The notes: generated by a model not told the origin, from the sequence alone. Numbered from the stretch's first letter, positions 36,429-46,140 are shown. The stretch: DNA of 64,000 nucleotides from Chloroflexota bacterium (GCA_016189905.1 JACPRP010000014.1:27302-91301), one strand, 5' to 3'. Program-made: numbers and translations.

Positions 36429-37868
36429 ATGCCTTTTAATGATCTCCGCGAATTCCTCGCTTTTCTGGAAGAACAGGGCGAGATCAAGCACGTCCCCGTA
36501 GAAGTTGATTGGAACCAGGAAATGGGGGCCATATCTAGAATAGGCCTCGAGCGCAAGCTTCCGGCACTGGTCTTCGAGAAAGTAAAGGATTATCCTGGCT
36601 GCACAGTTGTGGGCAACCTCCTGGGGCCGACCAGGCCCGTGGTTCAGGGCAGGATTGCGTTGGCTATGGGATTGCCGAAGGATACCCCGACGTCTGAGAT
36701 CATTAAGGCGTTGCGTGGGCACTTTCGCCAGTCCATCCCGCCACGCTTGGTCTCGACCGGTCCTTGCAAAGAGAACATCATCCACGGCTCTGATATCAAC
36801 CTCCTGGACTTCCCTGTCCCCTACATTCACAGCTACGATGGCGGAAGGTACTTTGGCACCTGGAGTATCTCCATTACCAAAGATCCCGATAATGGCTGGG
36901 TCAACTGGGGCACCTACAGGCATATGCTGCATGATAGCCGAAGGATCGGATGGCTCGCCAACCCCGGGCAGCACGGCCCGGGCCATTTCTATCAGAAATA
37001 CGAGGCCCGTGGGAAGGCGATGCCGATGGCCATCGTCATTGGCGCGGACCCCGCCTGTCATCTTGCCGCTACCACGCAGTTGCCGCCATTCGTCGACGAG
37101 CGAGAGGTGGCTGGCGCCATAAGGGGCGCGCCGGTCGATCTCGTGAAGTGCGAAACCATCGATCTGGAGGTGCCGGCGACGGCAGAAATCGTGGTCGAAG
37201 GTCACGTCTTACCTGGTGAGCGCCTTGAAGAGGGACCATTCGGGGAATGGACGGGTTACTATGCCAGCGACCGATTGCCCAGGCCTGTGTTCCGCGCTGA
37301 ATGTGTGACCTTCAGAAACAACCCGATTTTCTGTTTCGACGGTCCGGGCAAGCCGTGGGATGTGTCCAGCAACATATTCTCGGTAGCGTGGACTGCCGTC
37401 GTGGCTAACGATCTGGAGGAGCGCGGTGTCGAATTTGTGAACATCTATGCGCCTCCGCCGCAGCTCGGCATCTTCATATCTGTCAAGAGCCCCTACGCCG
37501 GCTACGCCCATCTGGTGGCTTCGGCGTTCTGGTCTTCAAAGACAGGCATATACCGACCGTTTGTGTACATTGTCGGCGAGGATGTGGACGTGACCAATCC
37601 CGACGAAATCCTGTGGTGCCTGCAAACGCGCCTCCATCCCGTCAGAGGGATTCACGTTCAGACCCAGACCATGGGCAACGTATTACATCCGTTCCTGAAT
37701 AGCGAAGAACAGCGGACCCAGATCGGCGCGAAGGCTTACTTTGACGCGACTTTTCCGGTGGAGTGGGGGGAAGAACGTACGCCGAAAGTTGTGGATTTCG
37801 AGCACGCCTGGACCCCCGAGATACAACGTAAGGTTCTGGAGCGCTTGAGCGAGTACGGGATCGACTGA
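36429..37868 (+). CDS. UbiD-family (prFMN-dependent) reversible decarboxylase, paralog 1
   Basis: ATG at 36429 follows GGAGG. Family blocks: NWGTYRHM, AIVIGADP, EREVAGAIRGAPVDLVKCETIDLEVPATAEIVVEG, EEGPFGEWTGYY. Confidence 0.85.
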   Translation: MPFNDLREFLAFLEEQGEIKHVPVEVDWNQEMGAISRIGLERKLPALVFEKVKDYPGCTVVGNLLGPTRPVVQGRIALAMGLPKDTPTSEIIKALRGHFRQSIPPRLVSTGPCKENIIHGSDINLLDFPVPYIHSYDGGRYFGTWSISITKDPDNGWVNWGTYRHMLHDSRRIGWLANPGQHGPGHFYQKYEARGKAMPMAIVIGADPACHLAATTQLPPFVDEREVAGAIRGAPVDLVKCETIDLEVPATAEIVVEGHVLPGERLEEGPFGEWTGYYASDRLPRPVFRAECVTFRNNPIFCFDGPGKPWDVSSNIFSVAWTAVVANDLEERGVEFVNIYAPPPQLGIFISVKSPYAGYAHLVASAFWSSKTGIYRPFVYIVGEDVDVTNPDEILWCLQTRLHPVRGIHVQTQTMGNVLHPFLNSEEQRTQIGAKAYFDATFPVEWGEERTPKVVDFEHAWTPEIQRKVLERLSEYGID

Positions 37869-37952
37869 GATGCCTGCGCAAGATCGCCGAGTTCTCAACG
37901 GTCAGTCTTGCGCGAGGCACAGTTCGCAATAATGTGATATAGGAGGAGAAAG

Positions 37953-38888
37953 ATGTACATCGACTGTCATGCTCACCTTATTCCACGAGAGTTTGCGCTT
38001 GGTCCCAGGCCGCAGGCTATGTTTGCCGTCGAGCCTCTGCTAGCCCAGCAGGAAGAGGCCGGGGTGGTGACGGTGTTCTCAAACCCTATGTTTACCTACC
38101 ACCCCGATAAGCTCGACCCCACCGACATCAAGCACCTCAGGATATACAATGACTTCGCGGCGAACCTTGCGGCCAAGTATCCAGGTCGCTTGATCGGCAC
38201 GGCCTCCGCCAACCCTTTCGGTGGCAAGGAGTATGTGCGAGAAACCGAGCGCGCCATTAAGGAATGCGGCCTCAAAGGCGTCATGGTTAACTCGAGCGTT
38301 CACGGCGAGTACCTCGACTCTGACCGAGCCCTTCCCTTCTACGAGCTTGTTTGTGAGTTAGATGTCCCGGTCTTCGTTCATCCTCCCGCTATGCCCCTGG
38401 GAACGGAGAAAATGGAGAAATACCGCCTCATCGAGATGATCGGTCGCCCTATGGACACGACGCTGTCACTGGCTCGGGCGGTTTACGCGGGCATATTCGA
38501 GCGCTTCCCTAACCTCAAAATCGTTGGCTCTCACGTTGGGGGTGGCATAATGATGTTGCCCGGGCGTCTGAACTACGGGTGGGACGCAAGGGAAGACAGG
38601 GACTTCCTGCCACTCGGACAATGGGGTGAGAATATTCTCGTCCAACAACCCAGCGAATACATGAAACAGCTCTACGTCGATACGATGAGCCTTCATCCTC
38701 CCGCCGTGATGTGCGCCATAGCCATGGTGGGTGTCGACCACGTCGTGTACGGCAGCGATGCCCCTCCGCTTGAGATTCCAATGGCAACGTCCAAGAAAGT
38801 TGTGGAAGACCTGCCGCTGAGCCAATCTGACAAGAACAAGATCGCCAGCGGCAACGCCCAGCGTATTCTGAAGCTCGACATCACCTGA
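37953..38888 (+). CDS. Amidohydrolase_2-family metal-dependent hydrolase/decarboxylase (ACMSD/PicC/IDCase-like)
   Basis: MYIDCHAHLIP (HxH), …VFVHP…, …VGSHVGG…, VVYGSDAP (Asp). Length 311 aa. Confidence 0.8.
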   Translation: MYIDCHAHLIPREFALGPRPQAMFAVEPLLAQQEEAGVVTVFSNPMFTYHPDKLDPTDIKHLRIYNDFAANLAAKYPGRLIGTASANPFGGKEYVRETERAIKECGLKGVMVNSSVHGEYLDSDRALPFYELVCELDVPVFVHPPAMPLGTEKMEKYRLIEMIGRPMDTTLSLARAVYAGIFERFPNLKIVGSHVGGGIMMLPGRLNYGWDAREDRDFLPLGQWGENILVQQPSEYMKQLYVDTMSLHPPAVMCAIAMVGVDHVVYGSDAPPLEIPMATSKKVVEDLPLSQSDKNKIASGNAQRILKLDIT

Positions 38889-38914
38889 CCTCGATTACCT
38901 TGGTCTCGTATCTT

Positions 38915-38959
38915 CAGGAAGGTTCCAGAAGATCATTCAGGTCTTCTGGAACCTTCCTG
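38915..38959 (+). terminator. Perfect 18-bp-stem hairpin (CAGGAAGGTTCCAGAAGA / TCTTCTGGAACCTTCCTG)
   Basis: Seen directly, 27 nt after the amidohydrolase stop. No clear U-tract, so it may be a terminator, an RNA-stability element or a protein-binding palindrome. Confidence 0.45.
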
Positions 38960-39115
38960 GGCCGATTACGCTATTTATAGCGTTTTGCGAAAAGATCGAG
39001 CTGTTGTCCCGGCTGTTTAGGGGTGACTGGCTGTGTAGGGGCGACTCGTAGTCGCCCTCAGCAAAGAATCGAGTGGTCAATATTCACGCAGACCGCTGTA
39101 GGAGGTGCGCGCATC

Positions 39116-40273
39116 ATGAACCCAAGAGGGATCATCGGTCTTTTCCTGGTGTTATCGTTCGTGACAGCAACGGCCTGCACGCCGGCAGCCCCAACGCCAA
39201 CCCCCACCGTGGCCAAACCGTCCACTCCACCCCCCGCCGCTGCCACGCCCGTTAAGCCAGCCGCATCGCCGCCCGCCGCGCCATCGCCGGCCGCTACGAA
39301 ACCAGCGGCTGCCGTGCCCCAACCAACCCCGGCGCCAGCTAACGTAAAGGTCGGCAGCCTTCAGGTGGTCTCCGATGCCGGCGTTTTGATCGCCCTCGAA
39401 AAAGGCTATTTCAAGGAGCAGGGGCTCAACGTCGAAGTGGAGAAATTCCTCCAGGTTCCGGACATGGTGCCACCGCTGGCGACCGCGCAGCTTGACGTCG
39501 CGATGGTCGCGATGAGTGTGGCCATGCTCGCCGCCGCCGACCGTGGCGCGGATGTGAAGATGGTGGCTGATAAAGGAACCACCCAGCCTGGGTTCGAGTT
39601 CGATTGGATTCTCCTGCGGAAGGACCTGGCCGATTCAGGACAGGTGAAAAAGCCTTCAGACCTGAAAGGTATGAAAGTGGCCATCCCTTCCCCCAAGAGT
39701 GTCGGAGAACAGACGATTCAGATGATGATCGAGGAGGGGGGCTTGACGATGAACGACGTCGAGGTAGTGATAGTCCCTCTAGCGGATCAGCCTGCCGCTT
39801 TCGCCAACAAGGCAATCGCGGCATCCTATGGCGTGGAGCCGAACGTCACCGCCGCCGTTGGAAGAGGATTCGCTGTCAAGTGGATTCCCAATAGCTACTA
39901 TTTCTCGGGGAAGCTAACGGCGGCCGCTCTTTATTACGGTCCCAATCTGATCAAGAACAAGGATGTGGGTCAGCGGTTTATGGTGGCTTATCTAAAGGGG
40001 ATTCGTGATTACAACAAGGCCTTCACCAGCGGTGAGGGACGAGACAACATCGTCGGCATACTCGCGAAATACACAACCGTGAAGGATGTCAAGCTCTACG
40101 ATGTAATGGAGATGCCCTACCTCGACCCCAACGGCGTTATCGACAGGAAGAGCATCGATGCCCAGTATAAGTGGTACGTTGATAAGGAAGTGTACAAGGG
40201 TAGCAAGACCTTCGACGACATCCTCGACACCTCCTTCGCCGAATACGCGGCTCAGAAACTAGGAAAGTGGTAG
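39116..40273 (+). CDS. ABC-type solute-binding lipoprotein, NMT1/SsuA-like (subfamily 2)
   Basis: ATG at 39116 follows GGAGGTG. Lipobox (VTATACTP) and a PT/A-rich linker. Paralog of 15377-16582 and 21935-23335. Confidence 0.8.
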   Translation: MNPRGIIGLFLVLSFVTATACTPAAPTPTPTVAKPSTPPPAAATPVKPAASPPAAPSPAATKPAAAVPQPTPAPANVKVGSLQVVSDAGVLIALEKGYFKEQGLNVEVEKFLQVPDMVPPLATAQLDVAMVAMSVAMLAAADRGADVKMVADKGTTQPGFEFDWILLRKDLADSGQVKKPSDLKGMKVAIPSPKSVGEQTIQMMIEEGGLTMNDVEVVIVPLADQPAAFANKAIAASYGVEPNVTAAVGRGFAVKWIPNSYYFSGKLTAAALYYGPNLIKNKDVGQRFMVAYLKGIRDYNKAFTSGEGRDNIVGILAKYTTVKDVKLYDVMEMPYLDPNGVIDRKSIDAQYKWYVDKEVYKGSKTFDDILDTSFAEYAAQKLGKW

Positions 40274-40337
40274 GATCGAAAGAAGCGAAGGGCCACTTAT
40301 AAAATGCATCCAGATAAAACCTATACGGGCGACTCGC

Positions 40338-40385
40338 GACCGAGACCGGCGCGTCCTTCCGCCGAAGGACGCGCCGGTCTCGGTC
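40338..40385. repeat. REP-like perfect hairpin GACCGA-gaccggcgcg-TCCTTC-CGCC-GAAGGA-cgcgccggtc-TCGGTC
   Basis: A 22-bp perfect stem. Shares its outer 6 bp, inner 6 bp and loop with 4709-4744. Confidence 0.6.
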
Positions 40386-40495
40386 CGACTGGCATATGAG
40401 CCTAGCGAAGTTTTAGCAGCCGATACTCGTAGCGTTGGGTCTCGAAGACCCAACCTCTTCTGCTTTGGCAAGCACCCACCCTGATCGTCTACAGC

Positions 40496-40831
40496 TTATG
40501 TCAGCCCCAAAAGCCTGGCGGCGTTTATCCCCAGTATCTTCTGTCTGTCACCTTCGGATATTCGCGCCTTGGCCAGTTGCTCGCGACTGAAGGGGAGCGC
40601 CAGCTCCGGCGATGTTAGCGGGTCATCCCCCCCAAGGACGACTCGACCTGCCCCCAGCGCCTCGACAGCGCATTCCATCGCCAGCGCATCTGTCGAGTGG
40701 GAATCGGCGTAAAATCGTCCCAGATAGTCGCCGGCATTGACGATTGCCTCGCCGCCGGGCGCTCCCGCCAGTCTTAAAGCGCGTCGGTGCATCTCGCGCG
40801 ACAAATAGAACCGTCCCCTGAGAAATGGCAC
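40496..40831 (-). pseudogene. Amidohydrolase_2-type gene fragment (C-terminal ~100 aa only)
   Basis: …RFYADSH…GAGRVVLGGDDP…KILGINAARLLGL matches only the C-terminal strands of amidohydrolase_2 enzymes. The N-terminal HxH part is missing, and a TA cassette abuts it. Confidence 0.5.
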
Positions 40832-40861
40832 CGTTCCTCCTCGTCTTTGGGGTTAGGAGGA

Positions 40862-41419
40862 TTACAGCAGGCCAGATTCGTTCGCGGTTTGTGCGAAGTT
40901 GGGAACGGAGTGTCCGAGCTTCTCGAGTACGTCATAGACCGTTTTTGGCGGCTTCCTGAGAGAGCTGGCTTGCGCCCTTAACACAGCCACCATGTTGGCT
41001 GGTGATAGATGCCACAGGTTACAGAGGAACTCGTCAGCAGACTGGACATCTATCTCGTAGGGAGCGCAGGCAGCCCCAGGATAGTGCACGCGACTGTTTG
41101 TTACGAGTACCGCTGCTTTCACACGAATCGCGGCCGCAAGCGCGTGCCGATCCTTCTCGTGGTTGCGCATAGCAGGAATCAAAGCTTGATAGCCGTCGAC
41201 AAGTGCCTCTGGAAAAGCCTCTAGCATCTGATTGACTGTACGGTCAATCCGCGCAGGATCGAGGTCCGGTCGCGCTCGTTTGAGTGAATTCGCCATTTCC
41301 CCAAGTATGTCGTAACTCCAAGCAGGTCGAAAGAGGCCATGTTCTGCGGCTACTAAGAGGGTATCACGTACTGATGCAGGCCAAAGGACGTCCGCATCCA
41401 GTAACGCAATAAGACTCAC
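40862..41419 (-). CDS. PIN-domain ribonuclease toxin
   Basis: N-terminal IALLDADVLWP… (acidic PIN residues). 185 aa. Overlaps the upstream HTH gene by 4 nt. Confidence 0.8.
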   Translation of the reverse strand: MSLIALLDADVLWPASVRDTLLVAAEHGLFRPAWSYDILGEMANSLKRARPDLDPARIDRTVNQMLEAFPEALVDGYQALIPAMRNHEKDRHALAAAIRVKAAVLVTNSRVHYPGAACAPYEIDVQSADEFLCNLWHLSPANMVAVLRAQASSLRKPPKTVYDVLEKLGHSVPNFAQTANESGLL

Positions 41420-41883
41420 ACACTCTTCCCGCGGTCGTATTCGCCCATGTCTTGCGCATCCTGAATCATTTCAGTGAGAACGGCTCGCCGCTTCTTGCTA
41501 CGCTTGCGATCATATATTTGGAGATCCTTGAACCGAATTCGCCGGTGTGTGCCAACGTAGTGAAATGGAATCTCGCCCGACTCTAGGAGTTTCACAAGGA
41601 ATGGCCGCGACACGTTCACTAAGTCTGCCGCCTGCTGGGTGGTTAACTCCGCGTGGACAGGTACAATCGTCACGCCGTTACCACGACCTAACTCGTGAAT
41701 CATTCGCATAAGCAACTTGTACACCGAGACTGGTAGGGGCAACTGCTCGCCCTGGGGCCCTAGCAGTGCGGGGGTGAATCGTGGAGCCTCTACTAACCTG
41801 GCTTCTAGGTTGCGAATTATGCGCTTCTCAGCCTCACGAGCTATGATCGGCTCTCGCTTCGTGGTGGCTGGCATCGGTATCAC
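41416..41883 (-). CDS. Excisionase-type HTH antitoxin partner of the PIN toxin
   Basis: LTTQQAADLVNVSRPFLVKLLESGEIPFHYVGTHRRIRFKDL. Genetic coupling to the PIN gene. Confidence 0.75.
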   Translation of the reverse strand: MIPMPATTKREPIIAREAEKRIIRNLEARLVEAPRFTPALLGPQGEQLPLPVSVYKLLMRMIHELGRGNGVTIVPVHAELTTQQAADLVNVSRPFLVKLLESGEIPFHYVGTHRRIRFKDLQIYDRKRSKKRRAVLTEMIQDAQDMGEYDRGKSV

Positions 41884-41909
41884 CTCTTGCTAGAAATTAT
41901 GCAACAAGC

Positions 41910-42176
41910 CTACAACTGCATACTAGCACAGGCTCTGCATATTCGCAATATTCGAAATACTTCAAACATCACCGCTGCGGCCAGCGCAAGCGCGCCCTTT
42001 GCGGTTGTGCCTCCGCCTTTGAGCCCCTTGGCCTTCCGCAACCCGTCTAGCGTCTTATCCTGCAATTTGGGTGAGAGCTCGAATATCTTGCCGTCCAGGG
42101 ATATGCTCGCTAGATAATTGAACTTCTCGGCCTCATACTGCAACCCAGGCGCCCTCAGAACATCATTCGTTATCAC
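41910..42176 (-). CDS. Hypothetical protein; the reading frame stays open upstream to a strong SD, with a possible CTG start at 42236
   Basis: GAGGAGGGAG at 42243-42252 (minus strand) is followed 4 nt later by an in-frame CTG. There is no ATG/GTG/TTG at suitable spacing. Hydrophobic C-terminus. Function unknown. Confidence 0.3.
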   Translation of the reverse strand: MITNDVLRAPGLQYEAEKFNYLASISLDGKIFELSPKLQDKTLDGLRKAKGLKGGGTTAKGALALAAAVMFEVFRILRICRACASMQL

Positions 42177-42448
42177 CCCGTCGGAGCTTTTGGCGACCAG
42201 CGTGAGCCCGTCGCGGTTTGCCTCGTTGAAAACCAGTTAACTCCCTCCTCGATTATTACCTATTCCACTCCCCCCAACGGCTTTGTCAAGGGGCCTGGCA
42301 ACCTCACGATGCCCTGTAGCTGTCTGGCCACAGGAGCTAGAGCGTCGCCAGGCCCAGGTACTCCCGCTCGGTGGAACATCATTCCCGACGAAGAACTTTT
42401 ATCAAGGACAACAGGGGTATAGTCAAGTCCAAAGAAGAGGTTGGTTCG

Positions 42449-44224
42449 TTAGTTAATGATCCTTCGCGGCCGCAGCATCTCACGCCTCTTGACATCGTAC
42501 ACCCCCGCCGGGTTAACGCGCAGCTCCGGCAGGAAGTCGCAGGGCAGGAACAAAATGGTAGATAGCACGTCTTCATAGGCGTGCCCACGATCCCGCAGCA
42601 GGCGCTTGAACTCCTGTGTCTGGCTGCCCACGATGTCCATCGACTCATAAGACATCATTCCACCCAGAGCTAACGGCATCTCGAAAAGGACCCGCCCGTC
42701 CTCTACCAGGATGATGCCACCGCCTATGTCGTAAAGACGGTTGGCGGCCATCGCCATTGCCTCGCCGCTCGCGCCAATCACCATCACCTGCCCCGCCGTG
42801 TTGTACGAGACCGCCAGCCCATCCAGATTGCGTGCGAATCCCCTTATGATGCCATTGGTTGCCCACTTACCGTGCCTTTCCAGCAGAGTCGCGAAAAGCC
42901 CTCCATCGCTGTGGCTCAGATCCACAAATCCATTCGCAACGGGCAGTTTCATATCCAGTCGCCTCGTTATCGCCGTGCTCGGCAGGTCCATAACGGGGAA
43001 ATCCGGTATAGCATCCTCGGCTCGCACCATCACGTCCTCGGGGCGAATCCGCACGCCCCGTGGCAGGCTCGGGTGATCGGCGTGGTACTGCCCCCAATCC
43101 GCGTGCGATAAATCGATCTCCAGTCTTCCGTTTCGGCCCACCACCTGCCCGTTAACCATCACCGTCTCCGGCTTGAAGCGGTCGGGGCGAGGATTGATGA
43201 CGATGTCCGCGAACCTGCCAGGCGCTATCCCTCCAACATATTGATCCAGATGGAAATACGTCGCGGGATTGAGCGTGATCATCTGCAGCGCCGTCATCGG
43301 GTCAACGCCCTCATCCACGGCCGTATCGGCCAGGCATTCCACCGACCCTCTTTCGACATAGTACCAGGGGCTGGAGCCGTCTGTTGTCAGGATCAAACGG
43401 CTGGTGTTCACCTTGTTCTGGGTCACAGCTCGGAGCAGCTCGGGCAAGTCGTCGCGGATCGAGCTGCCCCTTAGAAACACGTACATTCCCAGTCGCAACC
43501 GGTCCAGCGCCTGCTCGAGGTCAATAGCCTCGTGGCACGATTCCAGGCCCGCTGCCACCACTCCATTTAATTTCTCATACGAGCATCCGGCCGTATGTCC
43601 ATCCACACGCTTGCCCTGCTGCCGTGCGGCCGCGACGCTCTCCAGCAAGCCGTTATCCCCCTCCAGGAGGGCAGGCCATCTCGTCACTTCAAACACGCCC
43701 GCCACGTTGGGCAGCTCCAGGATTTGCTTAACACGGTCGGTCCCAAACTTGATGTCGATATCGTGGTCAGCCATCACACTTTGAGGGGCGATGCGAATGC
43801 CCCATAGAACCTTGATAGGTAGCTTGCTCACATCGAGCAAAGATCGCTCAAAAGAACCATTCCCCAAGATCAAGAGGAACGACAGGGTATCGAAGTACGT
43901 CGTCGTGGTGCCCCGTTGTAGCATTGCTTCACAAAAAGCGGCTGGATTGTAAATGGCGAAAGGATGTGCGTGCGCCTCGAAATACCCCGGGCACAGATAC
44001 TTTCCCGAGGCGTCGATCATCTCGGTAGCGTCACCGATCGCCTTCTCGCTCAGCCCGACGTAGGCGATCCGTCCCTTCTTGATCGCCACGTTTGCCCGCA
44101 AGTATTCACCGGAGTAAACGTTGGCTACTGTCCCCCCACGTATGTATGTGTCCGCTGGCTCGCTTCCGCGCGATACGTTAATAAGGTCTTTTACGTCGTC
44201 AACCGAAGGTTCGAGGAAAAACAT
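42449..44224 (-). CDS. Adenine-deaminase-family amidohydrolase
   Basis: HxH (EAHAHP), …VDGHTAG…, and the C-terminal adenine-deaminase-type block GGGIILVEDGRVLFEMPLALGGMMS. ATG at 44224 lies 9 nt after AGGAGA. Confidence 0.7.
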   Translation of the reverse strand: MFFLEPSVDDVKDLINVSRGSEPADTYIRGGTVANVYSGEYLRANVAIKKGRIAYVGLSEKAIGDATEMIDASGKYLCPGYFEAHAHPFAIYNPAAFCEAMLQRGTTTTYFDTLSFLLILGNGSFERSLLDVSKLPIKVLWGIRIAPQSVMADHDIDIKFGTDRVKQILELPNVAGVFEVTRWPALLEGDNGLLESVAAARQQGKRVDGHTAGCSYEKLNGVVAAGLESCHEAIDLEQALDRLRLGMYVFLRGSSIRDDLPELLRAVTQNKVNTSRLILTTDGSSPWYYVERGSVECLADTAVDEGVDPMTALQMITLNPATYFHLDQYVGGIAPGRFADIVINPRPDRFKPETVMVNGQVVGRNGRLEIDLSHADWGQYHADHPSLPRGVRIRPEDVMVRAEDAIPDFPVMDLPSTAITRRLDMKLPVANGFVDLSHSDGGLFATLLERHGKWATNGIIRGFARNLDGLAVSYNTAGQVMVIGASGEAMAMAANRLYDIGGGIILVEDGRVLFEMPLALGGMMSYESMDIVGSQTQEFKRLLRDRGHAYEDVLSTILFLPCDFLPELRVNPAGVYDVKRREMLRPRRIIN

Positions 44225-44418
44225 GTTCGACATTCTCCTGCTATTGCCTGTTTGCCCTACGATTCTAGACCTCACACGACTGGACGTCAAGGTATGGTTG
44301 GCTATCGACATTGACACCACTTCAAATGGCGTGCTATATTGCGGTAGCCTGGTTGCGACATCATCGGCGCGACCCCGGCCCCTGTGACTGAAGCCTGGCG
44401 AAAGGCGGAGAGGAATAG

Positions 44419-46077
44419 ATGCTAAAGAAGATCGTGACTGACGTTCTGGTGGTGGGCTCTGGAGCGGCGGGTCTTTGCGCGGCCATCGCGGCCAGGCAGG
44501 GAAATGCGCAAACGCTCCTGCTTTCGATCACCTCCGCCGGCGCGGGCAACTCCACCGCCGTGTCAGGCGCAATAATGAATGGCGCCGTGGGCCCAGACGA
44601 TTCGCCGCAGATGCACCTCGAAGATACTCTCCGCGCCGGCGCCCTTCTGAACGACGTGCCGTTGGCGGCCAAGGTTGTTGAATCGATGCCCATCTGTCTG
44701 CCCAGACTGGAAGAATGCGGCGTGGGTTTCTTGAAAGAGGATGGGCGGTACATAGTCGACCGGTCCCCAGGGCACACCCGAGCGCGAACGGTGTTGTTTC
44801 AGCCAAGAGCGGGCACCACTCTGTCGAAGCCGCTGGCCCGCACGGCAGTGCAGTTGGGAACGAAGATAATATCCAACTTCAACCTGGTCAAGGTCCTGGT
44901 TCAAGACGGTCGCGCTATTGGGGCCATCGGGTATGTCTGGGAAACTGGCCAGATCGTGCATGTGGCCGCCAAAGTGGTCATCCTGGCGACAGGCGGGGCA
45001 TCTATGCTTTACAGCCGAACGCGAATCCCACCGGGCGTGCCCGGCGATGGCTACGGCATCGCCTTAGATGCCGGCTTGACGCTGCAAGATATGGAGTTCG
45101 TTCAGTTCTATCCGACGATACTGGCTGAGCCCGGGATGGCGAAAGTGGTGGTCAGCTATGATTACTTCATCAGGTCTGGCGCTGTTTTCGTAAACTCTCT
45201 CGGCGAAGACATCGTCACCAAGTACGATCTGCCTGATTCCCGAATGATCACGCGCGATCAGCTTTCTATCGCCATCGCGCGCGAGATCTACGAAGGCCGA
45301 GGTGTGGATGGGGCGCTGTTTATGGACGCGACGTCCTGCAGGACGCAGATCGACAGCGTCATGGGCTCCACCAACGCTTTCATCAGAATCGTGAGAGACC
45401 GGCTGGCGCAGGGAGAGGATCTTCTAGCGCGGCCCATTCGTGTGGCGCCAGCCAATCACTACTACATGGGCGGGGTTCAAGCCGCTCCCACTGGCGAGAC
45501 AGTTATTCACGGTCTGTTGGCCTGCGGCGAGGTGGTCGGTGGCACCCATGGTGCCAACCGTCTTCAGGGCAACTCCCTCTCCGAAACAGTGGTTATGGGC
45601 TTCGAGGCAGGAAATACGGCCGCGGGCCTGGCGTCCCACCTTCCGCCACCACCAACTCCTGAACGCACGATTCGTGAAACTGCCTTGCGCCTTAGAGTGA
45701 GTCTGGACAGGCGATCGGGAACCCCTGTCCGAGAAATCGTGAAAGCCCTGCAATCGGTGATGACCGCCAAGGCGGCGCTCGTGCGCGAAGGTGAAGGCTT
45801 ACAGGACGCAAAAGCCGCCATCGACAGCCTGCGGCAGGAGATTCCCCATGCCGTCGCAATTGCGCCACGTGAAAGGGCTCAGCTAACCACGTTGTCCCAG
45901 CTTTTCGACACCGCCGAATGCGTCGTGGCATCGGCCCTCGCCCGGCAGGAGAGCCGTGGCGCCCACTTTCGTCTCGATTACCCCGAGCGCAACGACGCCG
46001 AGTGGCTGAAACACATCACCTGCGCCAGACGCGACGGGGAGATAGTGAACTCGCAGTCCCAGGTCAGGGGCGCATAA
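44419..46077 (+). CDS. FAD-dependent flavoprotein of the L-aspartate oxidase / succinate dehydrogenase-fumarate reductase (NadB/SdhA) family
   Basis: DVLVVGSGAAGLCAAIAA (FAD dinucleotide fold), …HYYMGG…, GLLACGEV…GTHGANRL.GNSL, ESRGAHFRLDYPERND. Confidence 0.8.
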   Translation: MLKKIVTDVLVVGSGAAGLCAAIAARQGNAQTLLLSITSAGAGNSTAVSGAIMNGAVGPDDSPQMHLEDTLRAGALLNDVPLAAKVVESMPICLPRLEECGVGFLKEDGRYIVDRSPGHTRARTVLFQPRAGTTLSKPLARTAVQLGTKIISNFNLVKVLVQDGRAIGAIGYVWETGQIVHVAAKVVILATGGASMLYSRTRIPPGVPGDGYGIALDAGLTLQDMEFVQFYPTILAEPGMAKVVVSYDYFIRSGAVFVNSLGEDIVTKYDLPDSRMITRDQLSIAIAREIYEGRGVDGALFMDATSCRTQIDSVMGSTNAFIRIVRDRLAQGEDLLARPIRVAPANHYYMGGVQAAPTGETVIHGLLACGEVVGGTHGANRLQGNSLSETVVMGFEAGNTAAGLASHLPPPPTPERTIRETALRLRVSLDRRSGTPVREIVKALQSVMTAKAALVREGEGLQDAKAAIDSLRQEIPHAVAIAPRERAQLTTLSQLFDTAECVVASALARQESRGAHFRLDYPERNDAEWLKHITCARRDGEIVNSQSQVRGA

Positions 46078-46140
46078 CCCATCGGTTAAGAAACCGTCTG
46101 GAAAACATCAGGCTTGCGCCAGTCGCCTGATCCTAATATT

